From NCBI GenBank assembly GCA_001600695.1, contig BCKQ01000024.1, forward strand, positions 125,813 through 157,758: a stretch of 31,946 nt of DNA, given 5' to 3'. Made by a program: the position numbers and the translations under genes. Source of the DNA: Ascoidea asiatica JCM 7603 (lineage: Eukaryota; Fungi; Ascomycota). Positions 1 through 9,556 of this stretch are shown here, in pieces. Each line of letters begins with the position of its first letter. The first letter of the stretch is position 1. The notes under the pieces are model-generated. The model was not told the origin of the DNA and did not search any database. It worked only from the letters and a program-made list of their open reading frames with translations.

Positions 1-196
1 ATTGAACATCCAACATTTAATATAAAAACATAAGTCACCTGTCAGAGTTGAAATATATTTGAATTAAACTTAAAAGAAATAAAAATAAATAAATAATAAG
101 TGCCTGTAAAAGCATAAAAAGAAAAAGTAAAATAAATGAAAACAATTTTAACAGAATAAAAGAGTTAATTTGTATATGATTTATTTCTTAATTTGA

Positions 197-255
197 ATTG
201 TGTTTGTGTTTGTGTTTACGTTTGTGTTTGCATTTGTGTTTGTGCATATTTGTGT
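197..255. repeat. Degenerate (TTTGTG)n hexamer microsatellite
   Basis: Read directly from the sequence. Confidence 0.85.
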
Positions 256-379
256 AAGCTTTCATTAACTAAGAGAGAATGAACAATAAAATGAAAAAAA
301 TAATAGAGCAAGATAATGAATTTTCAAATGGCAGCCAATAATTAATATACCTTTAAATCTTAGAATCATCGAATCTTCG

Positions 380-830
380 ATTCTTTTGCTAGCCCCCCCA
401 GCGTGTGCTTGAAATTCATTTTTGTGGTTAGCAAGGACTAGTGAAAAAAGAGTTGACACAACCCGGAGGGTGACGCAGACCACTGTGTGGGGTGCAAAAG
501 TGGGACACAAAACAGAAGGGTCTGCTAAAAGCGACAGGGGGGACAGAATTGGCTTTTATCTCGGCAGACGCATAAAAACTTGTTTTTCTCTATTTATACA
601 CGTTTTTAGTCGCATAATCCAGCTGTATTGTCACGTGGCTATTCTCTGAAGTTATAATTATAAGGGGAAAACATAGGGTGAATCGGAATAAAATAAAAAT
701 ATTTAAGTTCCCAATGAGCTTGTTTTTGCCCAGTTTTTACTTCCGTCTGCATATATGTTGCGTTTGACATCGGCACTGAACCTAGTTCCTGTTCCGAGCA
801 ACATTTTTGAAGTCTGGGGTAAACCAAAAT
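380..830. promoter_or_regulatory. GC-enriched upstream regulatory island of the monooxygenase and/or an off-window divergent gene
   Basis: Mig1/CreA-like GTGGGG (~487) and CTGGGG (~814), STRE-like AGGGG (536, 663), MSE-like GACACAAAA (504-512) and TCACGTG (631-637). Confidence 0.5.
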
Positions 831-1690
831 AAGCTAATGTCAATATCGAATACATTTGGCAATTCCAATTCCTACTCGTAATCTGATAGAATATATGAAA
901 ATAAAATTTCCATTCTTTATTTCAAATCTCTGTCTATTCTAACATATATCCTCTTTTTTTTTCATAAAGTTTCCCAACAATTTCTTGCAATGGATTGTCA
1001 AATCTCAAATTCATTAACCTCTTCAATTAATATTAGAAGGATAAGTAAAGTAAACAACTGAAATATGAAATTTCATATATTTTCTTCTCCTCTAAAAAAA
1101 ATTATATTATTGAATCCATGTATTCCCACTTTAGTTTCAATCTAAAGCAAGAAAAAATAGTAATTTAATTGAAATCATGAATTATCTTCATTTTCCTTTC
1201 ATCAATTATTGATTTTTTATTAATCTACCAATCATTTTATTTCATTTCATTACAAAAAAACTTGAAGAGCCGGTTTTTGATCTGAAATTCTTTTTTATCA
1301 TCTCTTTATCTTTTAAACTTCACTTATAACATAATTTTATTGCCGGTTATCCAGTAAATGGATCTTTTTTCTTTCTTTCATCCTAATATATGTTTTTTTC
1401 AAATTTTCAAAATCAATTCATTCACCCATTAAATAAAATTGATTAAGTGTTAGATAATTTTTGTTCAATTCAATTTAATTCAATTCAAAAAAACCATATA
1501 AATCTAGCTATATTTTTCTAATTTTTATTAATTCCTTTTCTTCTTTTTTTATTTAATAAATAATTAAAATCCAATTACAAATAATTAATATCAAGCGAAT
1601 ATATTATTTTTAATTTATCCAATTTTACCCAATTTTATCTAATCTTATCTTATCTTATCCAATCTTATCTTATCTTAATCCAGTATTAAA

Positions 1691-3313
1691 ATGACAAATT
1701 CCGAAGAAAACTTTATTCCAACTTACGATGCTTTAATCTTAGGAGCAGGCTTTAGTGGTATTAAATTTTTATATGAATGCCGTAAAAGAGGATTAAATGC
1801 TCATATCTTTGAAGCTCAACCTGACCTAGGTGGAACTTGGAGAAAAAATAGATATCCAGGTGCAAGAGTTGATTCTGATATTCCTGTTTATGAATTAGAT
1901 ATTCCTGAGCTTTATAATTCTTGGTCTTGGTCTGAAAGATTTCCAGATTGGTCTGAATTAAGAAAATATTTCAATCATGTTGAGAAAATTTTAAATGTTA
2001 AAAAAGATACTGATTTTAATACTTTTGTATCCGAAGCCCAATTCAATAAAAAAACTGGGTTATGGTTAATTAAAGCAAAAAATGGTAAAATGTGTTATGC
2101 AAAATACTTTTTAGTTGGAATTGGTTTTGCTTCCAAAAATTATAAACCTGATTTTAAAAATCTTAATAAATTTAAAGGTATTGTTGTTCATTCAAATGAA
2201 TGGCCTGAATCTGATATTAATATGAAAGGTAAAATAGTTGGTTTAATTGGAACAGGATCAACCGGGGTTCAAATTGCTCAAGAAGCTGGAAAAGAAGCTA
2301 AAGAATTATTCGTGTTTCAAAGAACTCCAAACCTTTGCTTACCAATGCAACAAGTTATTGGTGAGCAAGAAGTTGAAAAAGATAGATCTAAATATCCTGA
2401 AATTATGAAAAATAGATGTAAATCTTTTGGAGGTTTCTCATTCACTTTTGTTGATAAAAATACTTTTGATGATACTCCTGAAGAAAATGAAAAATTTTAT
2501 CAAGAATTATTTGATAAAGGTGGTTTTAATTTTTGGGTTGCAAATTATAAAGATATTTATTTTGATCAAAAAGCTAATGATTCTGCATATGATTTCTGGT
2601 GTAAATCTGTTCATGAAAGAGTTAAAGATCATAAAACTGCAGAAATTCTTGCACCAAAAATTCAACCACATCCATTTGGTACAAAACGTCCAAGTTTAGA
2701 ACAAGATTATTATGAACAATTTAATAAACCAAATGTTCATGTAATTTCTCTAAAAGATAATGCAATTAAAGAATTTACTTCAAATGGGTTAATTACTGAA
2801 GATAATAAATCTTATAAATTTGATATTCTAATTTTAGCAACTGGATTTGATGCAGTTACTGGATCTTTTAAAAATATTGATTTAAAAGATTCTGAAACTG
2901 GAGAAATTATTCGTGATAAATGGAATAATGGAGTTAGAACATATCTTGGATTATCATTTAATGGACATCCAAATTTATTTTATACATATGGAGTTTGTGC
3001 ACCAACAGCATTTTCTAATGGACCAACTTGTCTTGAACTTCAAATTGATTTTATTATGAAAATGATTGAATTTATGGAAAAGAATAAATATAAATTTGTT
3101 GAAGCTGATAAAAAAGATGAAGATGAATATTCAAAAGATATTCAAGATTATACAAGTAAAACATTATTTCCAAAAGCAAAATCATGGTATATGGGAGCAA
3201 ATATTCCTGGTAAAAAAGTTGAAATGTTAAATTATACCAGAGGTATCCCATCATATCATGCATTATTAAAAGAAGTTGAAAATGATGATTATAAAGGATT
3301 TTCATTTTCCTAA
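1691..3313 (+). CDS. Type I Baeyer-Villiger monooxygenase (cyclohexanone/cyclopentanone monooxygenase family, FAD/NADPH), 540 aa
   Basis: Two Rossmann motifs (GAGFSG, GTGSTG), the BVMO fingerprint FxGxxxHxxxWP (FKGIVVHSNEWP), GGTWRKNRYPG, FQRTPN, ATGFD and a C-terminal SWYMGANIPGK. Confidence 0.95.
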   Translation: MTNSEENFIPTYDALILGAGFSGIKFLYECRKRGLNAHIFEAQPDLGGTWRKNRYPGARVDSDIPVYELDIPELYNSWSWSERFPDWSELRKYFNHVEKILNVKKDTDFNTFVSEAQFNKKTGLWLIKAKNGKMCYAKYFLVGIGFASKNYKPDFKNLNKFKGIVVHSNEWPESDINMKGKIVGLIGTGSTGVQIAQEAGKEAKELFVFQRTPNLCLPMQQVIGEQEVEKDRSKYPEIMKNRCKSFGGFSFTFVDKNTFDDTPEENEKFYQELFDKGGFNFWVANYKDIYFDQKANDSAYDFWCKSVHERVKDHKTAEILAPKIQPHPFGTKRPSLEQDYYEQFNKPNVHVISLKDNAIKEFTSNGLITEDNKSYKFDILILATGFDAVTGSFKNIDLKDSETGEIIRDKWNNGVRTYLGLSFNGHPNLFYTYGVCAPTAFSNGPTCLELQIDFIMKMIEFMEKNKYKFVEADKKDEDEYSKDIQDYTSKTLFPKAKSWYMGANIPGKKVEMLNYTRGIPSYHALLKEVENDDYKGFSFS

Positions 3314-3493
3314 TCCAATTATCAGTTTATGATTTATAATTTATGATTGATGAGTGATGAATAATGATAAATTATTTTGAAATTTTACACTTTATGCCCC
3401 TTTTTGTTTTTAACTTTACTTAAAATATTGATATTTTTTTTTATATATATGCCCTGAATTTTTAATAAAACTGAAACTTTTGAAAAAAATTTA

Positions 3494-4343
3494 CTATGGA
3501 CGATTTAAAATATATAAATCAAGACCATTACCCATTATAAATGGTTTTTTAAAAGTATTTAAAAGTTGACCTTTTTTATTTTCTTCATCTTGAATTTTAT
3601 CTTGAAATTCATTATGATTTTCATCTTGATTTTCAATTTGAATTGATTTATTAAATTTAAAATGAGAAGATTGAATTAAAAGATTATAATTTGAATTAGT
3701 TAAAGATATATCAATATTATTTGAATCAACATCAAAATCAAAATTATTATTTTGATGATCAAGATTTGAAAATAAATGATTAATATTATAATTTAATATT
3801 GATCTCAAAGTTAAAATGTATTTCAAACTTAAAATGATATTAATTTTCCAATTTTTTTTAATAATTGGAATTATTAAAGTATCATTATTATTAGTAGTAG
3901 TAGTTATATTTGATTGAAATTTTTGTAAATCTTTTAAAGAAATTTTTAATAAAATATTTAAAATATCATTTTTAAGAATTTCATTTATTAAAATATTCAA
4001 ATCATTATTTGATAATATTAATCTTGGAGATTTTCTTAAACGAATTAAAGATTTTGAAATTGGTATTGGAATTGGAATTGCTTTATCAGAATTTGATTTT
4101 TTTTTGATTTTATTTTTATTTGATTTTAATTCATTAATTTTATTTTGAATTATTGATTTTCTATTAATGAATACTCTAATTGGAATAACAGTTTTATCAA
4201 AAAGTTTTATAAAAGTGGTACTGAATTGATTAAATTAATCAAGAAAAAGTAAAAAAAAAAAAAAAAAAAATTTAGTTAGTTGGGAAAATAAAGTAACTCG
4301 ATATATATATAGAAAATATAGTGATGACATACATTGGACCCAT
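3494..4343 (-). CDS. SAW1: Saw1-like single-strand annealing protein (Rad1-Rad10 targeting factor). Two exons, 4343-4333 and 4220-3494, 245 aa
   Basis: The frame of the 3494..4000 ORF stays open to 4219. Splicing gives MGPITTFIKLFDKTVIPIRVFINRKSIIQ, resembling S. cerevisiae Saw1 as I recall it (MAPSIATVKIARDMVLPLRIFVNRKQILQ). The C-terminal KPFIMGNGLDLYILNRP resembles KPVINLGEIIDVHVLHRP. Confidence 0.85.
4221..4332 (-). other. Spliceosomal intron (112 nt) in SAW1
   Basis: Minus strand: GTATGT donor at 4332-4327, AACTAAC branch point at 4281-4275, a 20-nt poly(T) tract and a CAG acceptor at 4223-4221. Removal joins ATG GGT CCA AT|T ACC in frame. Confidence 0.88.
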
Positions 4344-4935
4344 ATTAAAAAATAAACAACTAAAAAAATAGATAATCAGTGTATAATCACTAATTGAATT
4401 GATATATTTGGTTCATTAAATTAAAATATTTAATTCAATTAGTTTGTTTATTCAATAGTAAATTACTATCCAAATAAAATACATAAATAATGACCTGAAA
4501 TACTCAAAGGAAGTGAGTGATAAAGGTCAAAGAGGCAACAAGTACAGACTATTCCGGACGGTGCAAGCGATGCTCCTAAAATTGCATGTCAATGTCCTAA
4601 ATATATAAATTTTAACCAGCCTCAAACTATAAAAGCGGCTGGTTTAAAGAGGCTCAGTAAATTGCATGATGTATACCTCTAGTCGCATGTTTCTGCTGCA
4701 GAAATGTCGTGATTTTTTTTATTTTTTTTATTTTGAGCGTGATCCGTAGCACGGTGTGGCACGGAACTGTGTTTCCTCTCCGAGCTCCAGAAGTTGATTG
4801 TTAATCATTTTATTCTTTTATTAGATTTTTATATATTTTTTATTTTAATTAACAATTGTTTATAATTTGAATTAAATATCTTCTTAGTAATAATTAGATA
4901 TTTCGTTCGAACTACAATCAAAGTGCATATCCCAG

Positions 4936-4942
4936 CGGGTAA
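4936..4942 (-). promoter_or_regulatory. Reb1-like site (TTACCCG) in the SAW1/SCS7 divergent promoter
   Basis: CGGGTAA on the plus strand; exact consensus in an AT-rich context. Confidence 0.45.
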
Positions 4943-5426
4943 TCGGATAGCGGTGCAAAAAAGTGTTAAACAACAAAGTAAAATAATAAAATAAATTTCA
5001 AATAAACATCAAAGTGAAGAATCTTTACAAGAATATTATTAGAAAATGAATATTTTGCCTGTTATTCTCGTTCAATTGTCATACTACGGTAAATTACTAT
5101 GTTTAACTTAGTGCTTTTGCATAAATTTGGTTTTGCTGACATTGATAACAGTTATCGTTGAACTGAAAATAGGTAATTGTAAAAACTTGCCAATATTTCA
5201 GGTCAATTAAATGGATAAAATGGATAAACTAAAGAATTTGAAATTTGTAAAACATGAAGTACCAAAATATGAAAGATGAATTTTCAATAAATAGTTTAAA
5301 GATTCACCAATTTTCTTTAATTTCTTTAATTTCTTATCTTCTTTTTTTTTTTCTTCTTGTTTCTCATAATAAGATATTTACTTACTAGCTATTGTACTTT
5401 ATTTAGACTGACTTATTATTTTCTCA

Positions 5427-6575
5427 ATGGTTACTTTACCTTTATATACACAAGATCTTCTTTTAAGTAAAATAAAAGAAGATGATTGTTGGGTTTCAAT
5501 ATATAATAGAAAAATACTAAATATTTCTACATTTTTAGATTCTCATCCTGGTGGTAAAGATATTTTATTAGAATATGCTGGTAAAGATATAACTTCAATA
5601 ATGCAAGAAACTGATCATTCAGAATCCGCTTATGAAATGTTAGATGAATTTCTTATTGGGTTTTTAGCAACTGATCATGAAAAAAAAATGTTATTATCAA
5701 ATCCAAATCATCAAGTTGATGTAAAAATTGATTATAATGATGATGATGATGATAATAATAATAATAATAAATTCAAGTATGATTTAACTAAATTTCAAGA
5801 ATTACCAACTGAAGATAAAATGTCAATAAAAACTGATTATGATCATGATTATAATAATCATCATTTTTTAAGATTAGATCAACCTTTATTATATCAAATT
5901 TTAACTTCAAATTTTTCAAGAGAATTTTATATAGATCAAATTCATAGACCAAGACATTATGGTAAAGGTTCTGCACAATTATTTGGTAATTTTCTTGAAC
6001 CTTTATCTTTAACTCCATGGTGGGTTGTACCTTTAATTTGGTTACCAGTAAATTTATTTATTTTTTATAAAGGTTATTCAAATTTACCTTTATATATTTC
6101 ACTTCCAATTTGGTGCTTAGGTTTATTTGTTTGGACTTTAATTGAATATTGCTTACATAGATTTTTATTTCATTTAGATTTAAAAATTCCAAATCATCCA
6201 ATTGCTTTTACTTTACATTTCTTATTACATGGTTGTCATCATTATTTACCAATGGATAAATATAGATTAGTAATGCCACCAACTTTATTTATTTTTTTAT
6301 GTTATCCATTTTATAAATTAGTTTTTACAATATTTCCTTTTTATATTGCTTGTGTTGCATTTTCTGGTGGTCATCTTGGTTATATTTGTTATGATGTTTG
6401 TCATTATAGTTTACATCATGAAAAATTACCTTTTTTTTTACAAGCTTTGAAAAAAGCTCATTTAGAACATCATTATAAAAATTATAACTTAGGTTATGGA
6501 GTTACAAGTTCCTTTTGGGATAGAGTCTTTGGAACTGAATTGAATGAACAAAGTGTAATTGAAAAGAATAATTAA
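5427..6575 (+). CDS. SCS7: Sphingolipid fatty acid alpha-hydroxylase (cytochrome b5 plus FA hydroxylase domains), 382 aa
   Basis: N-terminal b5 HPGG motif, IHRPRHYGKGSA, the His boxes HRFLFH, HGCHH, HYSLHH and HLEHH, and GYGVTSSFWDRVFGT. Confidence 0.96.
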   Translation: MVTLPLYTQDLLLSKIKEDDCWVSIYNRKILNISTFLDSHPGGKDILLEYAGKDITSIMQETDHSESAYEMLDEFLIGFLATDHEKKMLLSNPNHQVDVKIDYNDDDDDNNNNNKFKYDLTKFQELPTEDKMSIKTDYDHDYNNHHFLRLDQPLLYQILTSNFSREFYIDQIHRPRHYGKGSAQLFGNFLEPLSLTPWWVVPLIWLPVNLFIFYKGYSNLPLYISLPIWCLGLFVWTLIEYCLHRFLFHLDLKIPNHPIAFTLHFLLHGCHHYLPMDKYRLVMPPTLFIFLCYPFYKLVFTIFPFYIACVAFSGGHLGYICYDVCHYSLHHEKLPFFLQALKKAHLEHHYKNYNLGYGVTSSFWDRVFGTELNEQSVIEKNN

Positions 6576-6928
6576 TAAACGAACAATACACGATTATTAC
6601 ATAAATTCATAAATAAATTCATAAATAAATTCATATTTCGTTACGTTACAAAAACAAGTGCATTTTGATTTTAACTACGCGTACGGTACCAATATTACAC
6701 ACATACATAACGTTAACGTTACCACCCATACAATCACTCTCTCACTTCATCCACAAAATACTTTTAAGCTCATAAGGAAAACTTGATAAAACAAGTATTT
6801 ATTCAAATTTAAACTAAACCTTTAAAGAATACCAAATTTGATCCTTATAATAAATATATATATATCAATAAAATAAATTATTAAATAATGAATTTCAATT
6901 CCAATTATGATATTAACAAAAAAATATA

Positions 6929-8938
6929 ATGTATACTGAAGAATATATTGAATCAATTCCTTTATCTGAGATGAAAGCTCAAAATGGAGCTGGTGCTCCA
7001 GGATCTTCAATGAGATATAAAAATATTGAAAGATTAAAATTAAATACTTTAATAAATGATTTTTCGAATTCAAATAGATTCAATTATAGTAATTATGATA
7101 TTCATGATAATACTTCATCCTCATATAAATCTAATTCAAATAATAAAATAAAAAATCAATCATCAAATAATTCTTCAAAATCAATTCAAGAAAATAATCA
7201 TGAAAATATTCAAGAAAATATAGAAGAATATTTAATTTTGAATAAAAATAATATGGATACATTTAATTCATTTAATTCTCTTGGTGGAGATATCTCAAGA
7301 GATTTATATAGATTTATATATTCAAAACAAAATAATAACTTAAATACTATACATAATTTAAGAAAATCAAAATCAATGATAGATTTAGAAGAAATTTCAA
7401 ATAAATCTTCAAATTTAAATATTCCTGGTGGTTTTAGAAGAGAATTTTTTTTAAGAAAAAAAAAACAAGAAAATAAATTAACAAATTTTTCAATAAATGA
7501 AGAAAATCAAACTCGTAATCAAAATCATAATCATAATCAAAATAAAAATAGTTTGGATTTACCTCCATTTATTACAAGAAATTTTATGGAATTTTTATCA
7601 ATTTATGGACATTTTGCAGGTGAAAATTTAGAAAATGAAGATTTTGAAGTTTGTAATTTATCAAAACCAGAAAGAGAATCAGATGAAGAAGAAACACCAT
7701 TTTTAAGAACATCATCAGATTCAATAAATTTTGAAGCTGAAATAGAAGAAAAAGGAACTGCATCAACTTTAAAGGCATTTTTTTTATTATTTAAAGCATT
7801 TGTTGGAACTGGAATATTATTTTTACCAAAAGCATTTCTTAATGCTGGATTATTATTTTCAATTATAGTTTCATTTTTTTTTGGACTTTATTCATATTGG
7901 TGTTATTATCTTCTTGTACAATCAAAAGTTGCAACAAAAGTTTCATCATTTGGAGATATTGGATTATTATTATTTGGTAAAATTATGAAAATTTTAATTT
8001 TAATTTCAATTATTTTATCACAATTAGGATTCACATCAACATATCTTGTTTTCACAGCACATAATTTAATGGCATTTTTTTCAAATATGATTCATCTTGA
8101 AATTTCATTTCCAATAATCTTACTTTTTTTATGTTTAATACTTATGCCATTATGTCTTTTTAGAAATATAACAAAATTATCAATAATTGCACTTTTTGCA
8201 AATGGATTTATATTTTTTGGATTAATTGTTATTATTTATTATACATCAATTAAATTAAAAAGTGATGGAATTGCAGTTGATATAAAATTAATTAATAAAG
8301 ATTGGCCATTATTTATTGGAGTTTCAATATTTGCATTTGAAGGAATTGGATTAATTATACCAATACAAGAATCAATGTCAAAACCAGAACATTTTCCAAA
8401 AGTTTTATTTTCAGTAATAATTTCAATTTCAATTTTAATGATTTCAATTGCAACATTATGTTATTCAACATATGGGTCAAAAACTTTGACAGTAATAGTT
8501 TTAAATTTACCACAAGATTCAATATTTGTTAATTTAATTCAATTATTTTATTCCATGGCAATTTTATTGTCAGCACCATTACAATTATTTCCAGTTATTG
8601 CAATTCTTGAAAGTAAAATTTTTGAAAAATCAGATAATAAAAGTAAATTAAGAAAAAGAAGTGTAAAATCTAATCTTAAAATTACATGGTTAAAGAATTT
8701 ATTTAGATTTTCATTAGTTATAATTTGTTATATAGTTGCAGTATTAGGAGCAGATGAATTAGATAAATTTGTTTCATTAGTTGGATGTTTAGCTTGTATA
8801 CCATTAGTTTATATTTATCCTCCAATGTTACATTATAAATCTTGTGCCAAAAGTAAATTTGATAAAAATTCAGATATAATTTTAGTTATATTTGGAGGAA
8901 TTGCAATGATCTACACTACAATTGAATTACTTAAATGA
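6929..8938 (+). CDS. Vacuolar amino acid exporter, Avt3/Avt4 family (Aa_trans/SLC36-like), 669 aa
   Basis: Hydrophilic N-terminus with GGDISRDLY, PGGFRR and NFMEFLSIYGHFAGE; an acidic EEETPFL sorting-like motif; then a multi-pass membrane domain with KAFVGTGILFLP and FAFEGIGLIIPIQESM. AVT3 versus AVT4 is not resolved. Confidence 0.93.
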   Translation: MYTEEYIESIPLSEMKAQNGAGAPGSSMRYKNIERLKLNTLINDFSNSNRFNYSNYDIHDNTSSSYKSNSNNKIKNQSSNNSSKSIQENNHENIQENIEEYLILNKNNMDTFNSFNSLGGDISRDLYRFIYSKQNNNLNTIHNLRKSKSMIDLEEISNKSSNLNIPGGFRREFFLRKKKQENKLTNFSINEENQTRNQNHNHNQNKNSLDLPPFITRNFMEFLSIYGHFAGENLENEDFEVCNLSKPERESDEEETPFLRTSSDSINFEAEIEEKGTASTLKAFFLLFKAFVGTGILFLPKAFLNAGLLFSIIVSFFFGLYSYWCYYLLVQSKVATKVSSFGDIGLLLFGKIMKILILISIILSQLGFTSTYLVFTAHNLMAFFSNMIHLEISFPIILLFLCLILMPLCLFRNITKLSIIALFANGFIFFGLIVIIYYTSIKLKSDGIAVDIKLINKDWPLFIGVSIFAFEGIGLIIPIQESMSKPEHFPKVLFSVIISISILMISIATLCYSTYGSKTLTVIVLNLPQDSIFVNLIQLFYSMAILLSAPLQLFPVIAILESKIFEKSDNKSKLRKRSVKSNLKITWLKNLFRFSLVIICYIVAVLGADELDKFVSLVGCLACIPLVYIYPPMLHYKSCAKSKFDKNSDIILVIFGGIAMIYTTIELLK

Positions 8939-9119
8939 AGTCAATTCAATTCCCACAATACCAGTTCTCCATTCTCTGAATAAAAAAAAGCTTTACTTTA
9001 CTTAACTATCTTAGATTTATGATTACTTATGATATTTTTTTTCAATTGATGTGTGTTATGTTCCTTTATATAAAAAATATATACAGTATATTATTTTTTT
9101 TTTTTTATTTTTTCAGAAA

Positions 9120-9380
9120 TCCACTTGACGCCAAGTTCATGGGTCTTCTTTTGAAATACCAGCCACGTTGTCTTTAGCCACTTGTTCCGATGCCAAGGCT
9201 GGTGCACCCAACCCCAGGTCTCGGGGAGGGTCGGCAGGCTGCGTTGAACTGGGAACTCTGGCGCTGGCGGTGTTTGCAGCCGACGAGTACCGTGACAGGT
9301 GCAACAGCTACTGTGCTGGGACTTTGAACGTGGTAACACCCCCAAAAAGAACGATGATGAACTCCAGGAATACTCATGTT
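9120..9380. promoter_or_regulatory. GC-rich promoter island upstream of TAL1
   Basis: Abrupt GC rise after a poly(T) tract, with two GCCAAG (Rim101/PacC-like), two AGCCAC and TGCACCCA (Aft-like). Confidence 0.5.
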
Positions 9381-9556
9381 AGTAATGCTAATAATGTTAA
9401 CAGTTAGTAATCTTTGTCATTTCTTATTATTTATTCAATTGTTCTCCATTGTATTTAATTTACTTTAATTCATTCACTTTCTTATAAATAATATTATATA
9501 TTTACTCTTTCATTAACTTCATAACATTATATTTTTTATATACATAATTTAAAAAA

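Noticed and set aside
1-16. Possible minus-strand gene start (ATG TTG GAT GTT CAA) at the window edge
   Set aside because: Only five codons are visible, so it cannot be supported.
265-827. Short ORFs 265..510, 422..649 and 639..827
   Set aside because: No recognisable motifs, and codon usage unlike the real genes; by-products of a GC-richer promoter.
9091-9407. Three overlapping short ORFs upstream of TAL1
   Set aside because: Open on both strands because of local GC richness; no family features.
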